Positions 30,580-43,050 of a DNA stretch of 64,000 nucleotides are shown one piece after another (within the stretch, counting starts at the first letter, position 1; each line of letters begins with the position of its first letter). Made by a program: the position numbers and the translations under genes. Below the pieces are notes generated by a model. The model ran no database searches, was not told the DNA's origin, and saw only the letters and a list, made by a program, of their open reading frames with translations. Source of the DNA: the human T2T-CHM13v2.0 reference genome, Homo sapiens. The stretch lies in NCBI RefSeq assembly GCF_009914755.1, contig NC_060929.1. One strand, written 5' to 3'.

Positions 30580-33249
30580 AACAGAAAAAAACAAAACACT
30601 TTATTTTCCACAAGGAAGAGCAATAGGAAAAATTAAATCATTTCCCACATATTGTTTTCTTAAAACAGAGCCTACAAGGACATATTCAGCACCAAATAAA
30701 AAAGGAAAAAAAGAGAAATTACAAACAGCCATAGAATATAATCTATAAAGCAAACATTTAATATTGCACTTTGTTTTGCTAACATTTTGGATTTTACTTT
30801 TCCTAATTGAAAAATCAGGAATCTATCTTGAATACTGGAATACAACTGTGAACCTCACATCTTATGTCAGGAATTGACCAATATTTTTAAAAAAGTAATG
30901 CCTCTAAAGAAATACATTTTAAAGGGGAAAATAAAACTTTATTTGATAAAGTTTTATACATTTAAAGTTTTATCACATTTTGTGATCCAGTGCCAATTAT
31001 CAGAATATTGGTCATTCTTGCTTCATGTGTTATTTGTAAGAGTATATAATGACAAGTATTCCAATGCTATGCATATCAACAATTGTTCCCTAGTCAGTTA
31101 GACGTAAGAGAGAAAAGGGATTTTCTGACAATCCCCCTCAAACAAAAATAAAACCACCAAATGCCCTTTATGCCAAATATTCCATTAGCTTTTTTTGAGG
31201 GGGACATTCACAAAATGATTCAACAATAAAAAAATATTTCACCCCCATTTCCTTATTATCTAGTATTAGTTTGCTACGGGAGCCCAAACTCTTTAACCGA
31301 ATCACTTAAAACGCGATTCATTTTTACACTGGGCTTTCTTCACCCTGTCAGCATTTGTCAAACATGAATTGTCTTCCATGTTTTCTTAAAGGCCACTTAT
31401 GGAAAAGCCTATTTGTTTTGTATGAGCTTTAAGACAGTATTTAACCAGGTCAAGCACCAAGCCAGAGCTACTATTATTTTCAGCCACTTTATTAACTGTG
31501 GGGTTAAATGGCAGGATAGATGTAACACCCATTTTACACGTATGTTGCAACATCAGAGATGCTGGTTTTCTTTAAAAACATCAGAGCTGAATTCCTTCTA
31601 AAATACAACAACAACAACAACAACAAAATAAGTACACTTGGTACCTTGGAAAATGCTGAAATGCTATCATGAATGCTGGTATATTTGTTATGAGCCAACA
31701 GAAAATTACCTTTAATATAAACTATAACTTACTGATGTGATTGTTCTTCCTATGTAATCTATACATAATCAAAGTGAGTGATTTCTCATGTTTAGCAAAT
31801 TGTTCTTTAGGTAATGAAAAACAGTATTCTCATTAGAAAAACACAAAAATCCAAAAGATTTATCGCAGCAAACGTTCTAGTATTTTAAATTTTGAAGTTA
31901 CTTTTGGAATAAAGTCGAGTTTTCATGCCATACCAAGCTTGAGCAAGACAGCAAAGGTACAAATTGAGCTCTCTATTCATAACCTCAATGTATGTATTCC
32001 TGCTCATTAATATACTTTGCACCAGCAAAAGCGATTTCCAACATATGTGTTTTGGAGGTAATTAAGTAACTCTGTATAAAAATAAATGCACTTTTCCCTC
32101 CTTTCCCCAGTGAATGGAAAACTTCCATACTTTCAAAATAATAATAAAAAAAATAATTTTTAAGAGCAACAGCCCTCAACTCTTTGCTGGTGCCTGCCAT
32201 ACTGCCTTTCTTCACTCCATTCTTAGCTCTGCTAGTTTCTTCTTGTATGTCATGATAAAAAGGGAATGTGGGTGTGTAACTTTTGTGTATGTCCCGTTTC
32301 CAAATTTCCCTCTCCAAAAAGCCAACCAAATAAACAAACAAACAAACGAAAAAAACAGTGCAACAAAACACAAATAGCATTCCAACAGTTTGGCAAGTGA
32401 TGCGTTCACCTGAGATTAAGTGATTTTAGGCAGTCAGTAACAAAATGCTGCTTTGCTGTAATAGTAGAAAGGCAACAAATTCTTAAAAGAAACCAAGAAG
32501 GTATACAATCTTGACAGTCTCTTATTAGCTTCCTCCTCTTATCTCTTTTTTTCCCACATTATCTGTTGCGTATCTACTACAGTAGGCTGCAAAACATACA
32601 GCAAAAAGGATTGGCTTGAAGGCATTTGATGTTTGTAAATAAATCCACAATTGGATCCAAGCTGAAGAGGTGATACATAGTCAGCCTAGTAGACAATTCT
32701 GAGCATGTGCATACGCAGGTAAAGTCCAGGCTATATTAAATAAAAAAAAATGTCAGTGCGTTTTTTCATGTTAAAGTTTTTTCAAAGCTTTGTTTTGTTC
32801 CTTGTTGTGCTGACCACAAACAAGTTTTAAGAGTATCAAGAGTCTGGCAAAAATAGAAAAAAAAAAAAAAAAAAAAAAAGAAGCTGTAGTGACGTCGAAC
32901 CGCACAATGTAAGCATTGAGCATGTGCAAATTTTCAAATCAAAAGAAGGAAATCATCCCTCTTTACAACGTGATGTCTTGACACGTACGACCATAGGCTA
33001 AGAAGACTGCTCTGAGTATGTGCCAGTTTTAAAAGAGAAAAGCTTAGATCTTCAAGCATGTTGGAGCAGTCTCAGAATGTTGCTGTAGGCTTCTAAAGCA
33101 TGATCACTGGTTGTTTCATGTATTCGCCATTTTTCTGGGCAAAAGTAATTCCACTTCCTCTGAAACGTGTCTCCAAGATACTTCTCTGTCCTCAGCCGGA
33201 AGAGATACAGTTCGGAACCCACATCAACTTGATTCAACCAAGTGTTCCT
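30580..33249 (-). other. ARRDC3: ARRDC3 3'UTR (~2.7 kb, AU-rich, repeat-free)
   Basis: Follows the stop codon; no interspersed repeats until the Alu at ~30428; the end is inferred from AATAAA at 30605-30600. Confidence 0.8.
30600..30605 (-). terminator. Polyadenylation signal AATAAA (distal); a second candidate lies at 30938-30943
   Basis: Plus-strand TTTATT, followed on the minus strand by U/GU-rich sequence. Confidence 0.7.
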
Positions 33250-33306
33250 TCAACGAGAGGGGCAGGATGGTCTATCATCTGCTGACTGATCAGGATTTGG
33301 ATCAAT
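33250..33306 (-). CDS. ARRDC3: ARRDC3 exon 8 coding part (57 nt incl. TGA)
   Basis: AG acceptor 33308-33307; IDPNPDQSADDRPSCPSR-stop; exon sum 280+82+148+103+257+163+155+57=1245 nt = 414 aa + stop. Confidence 0.95.
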   Translation of the reverse strand: MDPNPDQSADDRPSCPSR

Positions 33307-35533
33307 CTAGAAAGAAATGAGAAAAAAAGTTTACAGAGTTATTTCATGAGGTCTAGGAAGAATGTAGCAAATGACTACAATTCTGAATACTAGTCAAGAA
33401 ATGTAATCAGAGAGCAAACACAGCTTGTTAGCATATTATATCCAATTATTCTCTTTTCATACGTGAAATGCTATGTGGGGAGGAAAGGGTGTTGGTACCT
33501 ACAGTACCTGATATTTAATTACTAGATTAACAAGCTTTATAAAGGCATGTCTGAATAGTCCCCTATTTCACAAAAATTAACAGTAAAATTTTATCAGTGA
33601 ATGAAGACTTTTACTCAGTACTTTAGTAGTACTTAATTAAGACCTAAATACACAACGTAGAATATCTTCATAGCAATCATCTTCTTTTGTAAAGCACCCC
33701 TTTCATCCTTCTACAAAAAAGTTAACTCATCGCTTCCTCTGACTTTGGAAAAATGAAATCGTATAAACAATGCTCTTTGTTTATACAATGTGCAAACAAT
33801 TTGTTTACTCACATGAACAATGTGCTTATGTGAGGTAATAACTCATGGGTGTAAAATCCCACAGAGGGCCAAAAACGCAGTGTATCAGGAAATAAAACTG
33901 CTGAACCCAAAACACTCAAGAGGTTTCCTCCCACCTTCTTTATCTTCAGAGTGACTTTTATATGCACATATTTTTAATGAAAAGTTGCTTCTCAAGTACA
34001 AAGAGAATGGTCATAGAAAAGCAAATTGTTGGGTTTAATATATTTTTTACTGAAAGAGCTTTTGGACGAGACCCCATCCACTTGCATCTAAATGTGGAAC
34101 AACCCAAATTGCCTCAGAAGCTTTAGGTAAAACACATTTTTGAAGGAAAAAAGCCAAATAACTTTTAGTTAAATCACACCCTGAACATATTTTAGGGTTT
34201 TAAAAGTTGTAAATTATCTTTAGTGCTTTTTAAAAGGAGGCAGAATTTTCCCACAAATTGCTTAAAAGTGAACTATACTTAGATTGTCATTCTTTTTAAA
34301 ATGCCTCCTTGGACAGCCAGGAAGCCTCAAATCAAGCCAGAAATGACTGACTTAATAAGCAAGACAGAAATGTCCAAGTAAAAATGTAATGACAAAATCT
34401 GTAACAAGTGGCAGAACACTTTTAGCATCTAATAGAAATTGTATGTATTAGAAAATAAATAGAAAAAATTATGTCTCATCAATAATTCTGAATATTCTAT
34501 AATCAATGAATGAAGAAGATCTCATATCATCACAACCAAAGGAAAACTGACCCTTCCAGTTATGGTGTTAATAAAAAAAAAGAGAAATATGATGAACAAT
34601 CCCCTAATGTTTAATTTGGGAGTAATATTTCAGAGTAAAACAGCTATGTAAATTACAGTAACCAAAAGAAAAAGCTGATTCTAGTAATTTACAGAATTAT
34701 TTTGGTATCAAAACCAACTCCAAAACCCCTTAAAAATGTGTACTAGTGGCTAAAGTCACTCTGAAATATCCTGAAATTACTGGACACCCCACCTACTCAC
34801 TCCTTGTCTTTACATACACTGTTCTTCCTGCCTTTTGAGGACTACTCATTCTTCAAAATTCAGCTTAATAGTCACCTTTTCAAGAAGCCCCACCTGATGC
34901 CCAAGACCTAATAAGCTGCTTCTCAAATGAGCTGTGCATTTTATCACATTATTACATAATATTTTGCTTCTTAGCTTGTTTTCCTCAGTAATCTGTGGGT
35001 TTCTCCTAAGGGCCATGTTTTATTTACATTTAAGTGCTTAGCTGCCATCAATATGAGATGAACGAAAATAGTCTAACCATGTGGGAATGTTGTTTTAAGA
35101 TGTTATCACAAATACATTATTTCTTATGACTGAGAATGTCAAAATATGCAATTGGAAAAGCATCATGAATAAGATAAATTCTACTATTTAATCAGTGTTT
35201 GCAAAATGCTAGTTCTTCCTATTGATGCTTGGATATACAAAATTCTTCCTTCAAAAAATGTGTCTCAAGATAAAAGTTTAAGAGAAAAAAAAATTAGTAA
35301 TTCAACATGAGGTTAGATCATTATCTTAATTCCCTAATAAGTGAACAGTCCTACCTCTGCATCAAACTTAGTAAATATTGATGACCCTAATATTAACTTT
35401 TAATCTGTTGTTTTAAATTATTTGTTCTGTTATCATGATAATCAAGATCTAATAACATTAAGAAAAAAAAATGCCTGCAATGCTATTTCCCAAGATAGCC
35501 AGTTCATTTCATACTTAAGGAGTAGGTACTTAC

Positions 35534-35688
35534 CTCTGAATAAAGAGGTGGAGGCAAGAATCGAAACTCCTGGATATATGCAAACAGTGGTCCTTGAAGG
35601 GCTCTCTCAAAGTCATCACAAGCACTCACTGGTGCAAGATTGTTCCGCCTTTGTTCCTCTGTTACCACTTCTGCATAGCTGGGTGGTG
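35534..35688 (-). CDS. ARRDC3: ARRDC3 exon 7 (155 nt; both PPxY motifs)
   Basis: AG/GT flanks; APPSYAEVV...FRFLPPPLYSE, where PPSY and PPLY are NEDD4-family WW-domain ligands. Confidence 0.96.
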
Positions 35689-35943
35689 CTGAAGGAAAAA
35701 GATACACGCAATTCGAACAGCATGTTCTTATGCATGTCAAAATACACAGAATAGTAGGTATTAAAAAGCAACGTCAAGGTAAAATAATTATTGTTTGGTG
35801 ATCGAAACTATGAAGACATATAATCAAAACTGAATATTAGGGGCACATCTACTTTCTTTAGGAAAAGATTATGTTCATCTAGGGTCATAAAATATCAGAG
35901 GCAAAATAATTTTCTTGATAATAGTAGTAAGAGATTAAGCTTA

Positions 35944-36126
<183 letters not shown>

Positions 36127-36451
36127 CTAAACATTGCAAAGAAATATTAAGTTTAGAATGCCAAGTATGATTTCCTTTTCAAAAACTCATAACCAATTTT
36201 AATGTTATTTGAAACCCCCATTTACTTCATTTTTAAACTTACATACATGAAAAGTTTCTCTTTTATGTATAATTCTGTATAGTACATTTACATATAAGGT
36301 ATAATTGTAAGTCAAACTATATAAAGAGTTATGTATTTTATATGTCACTATATATGGAATTTAAAAAAATCAAATCCTGGATGTAAGACAAAACTATGTC
36401 ATAACTTTAAGACTTAAAAACAAAACAAAAAAAAACACCAAAAACCTCTTG

Positions 36452-36750
36452 GGCCAGGCACTGTGGCTCATGCCTATAATTCCAACATTTTGGGAGGCCA
36501 TGGTGGATGGATCACTTGAGCCCAGGAGTTCAAGACCAACCTGGGCGACATGGTCAAACTCCATCACTACAAAAAATACAAAAATTATCCAGGCATGGCT
36601 ATAGGCACACCTGTAGTCCCAACTACTTGGGAGCTGAGGTGGGAGGATCACTGGAGCCCAGAAAGCAGAGGCTGTAGCGGAGCTGAGACTGTGCCACTGC
36701 ATTCCAGCCTGGGTGACAGGTGTTTCAAAAAAGAAAAAAGAAAGGAAAAA
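36452..36750 (+). mobile_element. AluJ-like element in ARRDC3 intron 5 (antisense to the gene)
   Basis: Dimeric Alu; flanking aaaaacctctt repeated on both sides (TSD). Confidence 0.9.
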
Positions 36751-36771
36751 ACCTCTTAAATGTGTACATAC

Positions 36772-37028
36772 CATTAGTGAATATTCCACGCGGATTATAC
36801 TACAGTCGAGGATAGAGGGAGAAACTGGTGGAATTTTCAGCAACTTGCCATTCCACGTCTCTGTCTTTCCAGATGATAAGGATTCCCCACGCAAGTTAGC
36901 CACAAGCTGTTTTACTTCCTTCATTTTCCCTTTGGCATAGAAGGCCTGTGTTTGGTAAATGGCTGCCTTTGGCACCACCATTCGGGAAGAGCAGTTCTCA
37001 ATCTCAGCAAATATCTGAATTGATTCAC
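36772..37028 (-). CDS. ARRDC3: ARRDC3 exon 5 (257 nt; arrestin C-domain)
   Basis: AG/GT flanks; [28 protein letters not shown]...[12 protein letters not shown], part of ORF 36394..37077. Confidence 0.96.
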
Positions 37029-37355
37029 CTAGAGAGGGAAAAATATATACATATCTACTGTTAGAAAAAAACAACAAAAGAAGTCAAGATTCTTAAAGCT
37101 AAAGTAAGAAAGTGCAACTAACATACATGAAAAGATGTCCCAGGAACTGCAAATAACTTGAGTCATAGAAATGAACTAATCAGTAGCTATTTGAAAAAGG
37201 AAACTACATTCTACTTTGTGAAAAAAACAAATGGATAAGCACAATTTGTTATTTCACAAAAGAATACTATATTATGTTTATATTTAGTAGTCATATTATA
37301 AATTTATACACAAAAGCTAAGTGAAGAAAAGTTTTTTGTGGGAATCTACCTCTTA

Positions 37356-37541
<186 letters not shown>

Positions 37542-38458
37542 CTAAATTTATGGAAAATTAAAAATTACAACTGGTTTTGCTTTTTTTTTGTATCCAGACA
37601 TACTTCTTATTTTTTAACTAACCGATGGTTTTGAATTATACCATTACTTTTATTTTTATATAAATTTCCATTCAATTAGAAAAAAAAGGTAAAGGGTTTA
37701 CAGCCTATCCCATAAACATAGTTTTTTAGCTCACACTATTTACAAATATAGTAATCAAAAACCAACCAAATAAAAAAAACCCTTTCCACATTCCATTTAA
37801 ACTGCCTTAAAAAGGCAGCAAAGAAAGCAATCTGATTATAATTCCAAATGTTAACATCTTTCTCTGAGACTATTAAAAAATCAATATGTAAAAAAGGAAA
37901 ATGCCCATTTCTTATGTGCTTTAAAGATGTTACCATTTGTTTAAATCAAATAAAGTTTTAAGTCAAATTTGAATTATTTTCAGACAAATGCAATTAAAAA
38001 TAGATTTCTTTAAAAAAGGAGTTTTTTAATGAAACTAATGATTCCCCATTATTTGACAACTATCCCTCTATTGGAATAACAAAGTATAGTACAAATTTTA
38101 GATTATGATATTGTCAAGTAAGTGATATTGTATTATAATAAAAGATACTACTGCTCTTCTTCCACTCAAATCATCCAAGGACCAGATCTGTTTTTTGTTA
38201 TGGCTGTCATACTCTGAGTAAGAGATACTTCATATCATATACTGGTCTTAGTTTTATATTTACTTAAAGGTATACTACAATGTCAAAAATATGAGCATAT
38301 TTTTCATTAATTTCAGTGTTCTTGACTGTATTTAAGAAAATGTATATTTATGAAATTTTAAAAGAAAACCAGTATTTTTAAATTATGACAACTGCATAGT
38401 TTAGGTGATTGATTATTCTTTAATATTTATATGCCAAAAACAAAGAATAAATAATTCA

Positions 38459-38644
<186 letters not shown>

Positions 38645-40542
38645 TTAATTTTATACCTCTTTCTAACAATTACACAGTAGGTCAGAATAGAAGTGTTAAT
38701 ATATTGTATTGTTTATGTTCCAATGAGGTATCAAACATATAATTTAAAAAATTTCCAAAGGGATAAGTCACTGGGGAAAAAACTTCCTATTTCCAACTAA
38801 GAATAAACAATAAATATCTTTAAAATTTTGCTTTAAAAAGCCAGAAGAATACAATCCATTTAAACTAAGAGGAGGCTACTTTTAATGATGGTGGCAAAAT
38901 CATGAAAGTTTAATGGGCATTTTTTGAAAAGGCCAAGAATTCAAACACAAAGTTGAGAATGGTTTAACTATTTCTACTGATAAATTCTAGACACTGGTTA
39001 AACATTCAGACCAAATTCCCTATAGTACTCCACTTCTCATTAGCCGGGAATTATCATCTTTTAATAGCAACTAACTAAGGTCTAGAAAAGGCCTGGAATA
39101 GTCATTATAGTTTCAAAAATTTCACATTTCCTAAGTTTACTGAAAAACTACTTTTGTATCTCTCAGTTTACTCATGTTCTAATTCTTGTTTGGCTGTTCT
39201 CTAACTTTACGGGCTTCAAAAGAAAAAGATATAGTCCTCTTGATCTATGTCAAGAGAATAAAAAAAAATTTTTTTTAACTCTGTCAGATTTTACTTGTGG
39301 AAGGTTTTATTTTAGCAAGTTCAGTATCTTTTTCATAATTTCATTAGTAAAATACTCAATGTTCAGTTATTTACAAGAGTGCTAGCTTAGATTAGCATAA
39401 GAAACACTGGTGTTTTCATAATTTTTTTTTTTTTTGCATTTTAGACTCCCACATTAACTTGTATAGCAGAGAAATAAAATCTTAAACTGTATGCTAATAG
39501 TTATCCAAAATTTATGTTAAATGACTTTGGTTTATGGATAGAACTTTAACATTAAATGACGCTGAAAATACTCAGGCCCCATATTGGCCTTATTCTATCA
39601 ACAGACTTTAATATTTTTCTCAGAAATTAGATGAGGGCATTATATTCCAAATAAAATTCTCAAATAATACAGTAAATAGAATTTTCTAAAAAATACCATT
39701 TATGACTTCTCTCTCTATATATAACATCTCAAGCACTAGAATTAACAAATGCAGAATTAATGTACATTTGTCACCTGACAAAATCTTATGTAATCTGTTT
39801 ATTCTCCAGAATAATCACCACAAGTGCCATTTTGCAGGTTTTAATATTTGTTAAAAGGCATTTTTTTTTAAAAAGTTTGTATCATCTCTTCCAACAATCT
39901 GTCATTACTTTAAGAATATACCACTTTCCTTTTTCCTTTCTTACTAGATTCCAAGTTTTATATTAATGTATCCTTGATGCATGTTTCCTTTTAAGCCTGG
40001 GTCATATCTCTTGTGTGACCTTCCCAATAGTTCTTTGTACAGAAGCTATTAAGTTCATATCAGAAGAAAAACATTTCTAAAGTTAGGATATTCCTAATTA
40101 TTTTTATTTTCGAAACTTACTGCTATTGGTTAGTATTAGCAGAAAAAGTAGAATATAGAATTTTTTATAAATTGAAGCTACTAAGACTTGATAGGGTCTA
40201 TCTTTTCTCATAATGATAATTGATAATAAACTAAGTATAAAGTGGTTATTATTCGACTAGCAACTTCCAATTCACTCATGTTAAAGGAAACCCTATTCCT
40301 ATTTTAAAAACCTCATAAACTTTAGGAAAGAATACTGAAAATTGAGTATGCTTTCTATAATTTTGCCACGCTAGATTAAAAAATAGCTTCTTATGTTTAA
40401 TATATTGTTTTCCTCTAGCAAGTTTCAGTAATGAAAAGGGTTTTTTTTTCAACTAAAAATGTTTAAATTTAGAATACTTAATTTTAAAATAATGCTCTGA
40501 TCATAAGTATCTATAAAAATGCCTATTATTTATAATACTTAC

Positions 40543-40624
40543 GTCTGTGGAAGCTCGAAGCTGAATGCATATTCATGCCTTCCTGAATGAATAGTGTGGA
40601 AGCCTTCTTCGGAATTATCATCAT
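40543..40624 (-). CDS. ARRDC3: ARRDC3 exon 2 (82 nt)
   Basis: AG acceptor 40626-40625, GTAAGT donor 40542; continues the frame as DDDNSEEGFHTIHSGRHEYAFSFELPQT. Confidence 0.96.
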
Positions 40625-41859
40625 CTAAAACAAACATAAAAAGAAAACAAAGAATTTATTATTCAACATTTACATACTCCGCAGGGTGGCATAACTTTAA
40701 AGATGCTTACATAACAATTAAGACCACAAAACAAGCTTTGGAGTCTGAGAGATCTGAGTTCTAATTCTAACTTCATCATTTCCTCTGGACAAAATAAAAA
40801 TCCTGTCGTCAGCTGCCTTATCTGTAAAATGGGGATAATGAATACTCACACCCCACAGGCTTTTTATTTTTTCTAATGGAAAATGACCCAAACTGCAAAG
40901 CATCTGTTTATAAAATAGTATATATACTCAAAAGGCTCGGGTCTCACATCATGGTAAGACAATGCTATCCTTTGTCTCCAACGGTTTGCTTAAATTTATC
41001 ACATTAAGACTATAATGTATCAAAGAAAAACTGTTCATGCAACCCTCTTAAAATATGTCAGTTTATAGGGAATAATAATACCAGATGTGAATAGAATAGA
41101 TACTCCAAAACCACTAGAAAACCTTGTCAAATAGACGGAGTAAAAAAAAAAAAAAAAAAAAAGCCACACATTGATTTTAATGTCAGATTTATAACTAAAA
41201 ATAATTATTTATTGAACTAAAAATAATTATTTATTGATCTAAAATGATCACAACACTCAGTTGGTCCTAGCAACGACTAAAACTTGCATAAACTATACCT
41301 TAGATAATTACAAAGAACCGCATTTAGGTGGTGTCGGCTTATAAGGAAACAATTATTTTCCAACATCCTTGAAAAAAATGAAGTCTAACTATTAATAGTT
41401 TCCAGTTTCTATAAAAAAGGGATGACCTTTCATTTTACAACCAATTTTTTTGGTGAAATTATTTTTTTTCAAGTGGCATGAAAATAAATATAATCGAAAA
41501 TATGGGAGGGGGTTCTAGATCATTAAAGTGCCTATTTAGCGTTTTAAATAATTACAGAAATATCTTTTAAAGTTTTCTTGGTGTAGAAACCTTTACGATT
41601 AGCCCCCAGAGTAGAAAAAACTGGCACATTATTTAACTTTCCTTCAGCAAAGTATTGGATATACACAAAAAACGTGATGCCTCCCTGATATTAAACGAGA
41701 AAAAGGGGGAAAAAAGCATGTATACGTCGATACTTTCATTTAAAAATCATGGTGATTCGCTTATGTCTCCATACAATTTTCCTCGTCCCCTGTGCAAATT
41801 CCCCTGAACGGATTTCAGAACCAAAAACTAGCTGATGAGCTGGGGGCCATTTAAATTCG

Positions 41860-43050
41860 CTCCCCTCGAAGGCGCCCGAAGTTCGCCTTCCTTTCCCTTT
41901 CTTCCCTCTTCGCTCCCTTTTTGTGCCAGCTCAGCAGTCTCATTGAAGCGAGCGGCGGCGGCCGCGCCGTGGTAAACAAGTGCCGGGCTGTCAATCAAGA
42001 ACTAGACCGGAGCAGGAGAGGACCGGCCTAAACCGGCGCGAGCAGATCCCAGCCGGCCTGCCCGCGCGCCGCCGCCGCCGCCGCTGCCGCCCGCGCGCCC
42101 CGCTATACATACGGCATACGTCGCGCGGCGCTCGCGCCCGTGCCCGCGCAACCTAGCCTGCTGGCCGGGGGGCGGGGCGAGCGAGCCGCGGCGCTTCCGC
42201 TTTACACGCCCCAGCCGGCGACCGGTTCCATCTGGCTCGGGCCACTCTGACACCTTTAGTTTCGGCAAGGGATATTGGGGTGGCGAAGGGGAGGCGGGGG
42301 CCCGAAGGCTTCGGAAAACGATGGGGGAGGGGGCAGAGGATACCCGTCGAAGCCCCCCCCTCCCCCAACATTTCGATATTGGAATCACTTTCCTTCTTCC
42401 TCGGGCCAGCCTTTGCTCTGTCCCCTCAGGTCAACTCAAGGTAGACAGTGTGGCGACTGGAGAGGTCGGGGAACAAGCTTTGTTTCAGCTAAGGGGAAAA
42501 CAAGCGTTCACAGGAGTACCCTGACACCTCCCACTCGGAAGATAGCTAACGGGGGTCCTGCCAACCCTTCCCATCCAACTTCCATCTGAAAAGGATTTTC
42601 TGCTAAAGTTGGGTCCATGGCCATCCAGCACCTGTAAGGCCGGCAGGAGCGTCTGCCCTCTACTCAGTTAAAGCCTGAAGTCGTTTCCTTTCGATGGCCC
42701 TTAGGAGGCCCAAAAGAGGGGCGACAGAACATGATGTTGACACGGGCTGGGCGCCCCCAGAAGCCCGGGAACAAACGTGAGTACGGGCTGGGTGGGGGTC
42801 GCTCTGGAGGAACCTTTACCGGCGCACGCCGGTTTCCTAGCCTCGCCCCAGCCGCGGCGCGAGCTCACTCTCCCCACCCGCCCGCGCCCAATCCAATCAG
42901 CGCCTGCCATCGCCTTAGCAACAGGCTAACAAACCTGGCTCCGCCTATCCCGGGCGCCCGGGGCGGGGTCTCAGTTACCAGGCTAGTTTGAGAGCTCCCA
43001 GTTTCAAGTCATTGAAACTATTCCAGACTGAGCTCGTCTACGCGTTGCAG
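41860..43050. promoter_or_regulatory. Intron-1 CpG island, probable promoter of antisense lncRNA ARRDC3-AS1
   Basis: Very high GC/CpG, (GCC)n at ~42068-42090, GC boxes, tandem CCAATCCAAT at ~42887-42897, GTAAACAA (FOXO) at 41972-41979. Confidence 0.8.
42200..42776 (+). ncRNA. ARRDC3-AS1: Candidate first exon of ARRDC3-AS1 (boundaries uncertain)
   Basis: Recalled: ARRDC3-AS1 starts within ARRDC3 intron 1 on the opposite strand. Seen: CpG island and plus-strand donor AAC|GTGAGT at 42777-42782. Confidence 0.4.

Noticed and set aside
31985-32380. 131-aa minus-strand ORF
   Set aside because: Lies in the ARRDC3 3'UTR, includes low-complexity (TTTG)n-derived residues and resembles no family; a downstream ORF cannot be supported without Ribo-seq
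42002-42991. Several Arg/Gly/Pro-rich ORFs
   Set aside because: Expected by chance in a CpG island
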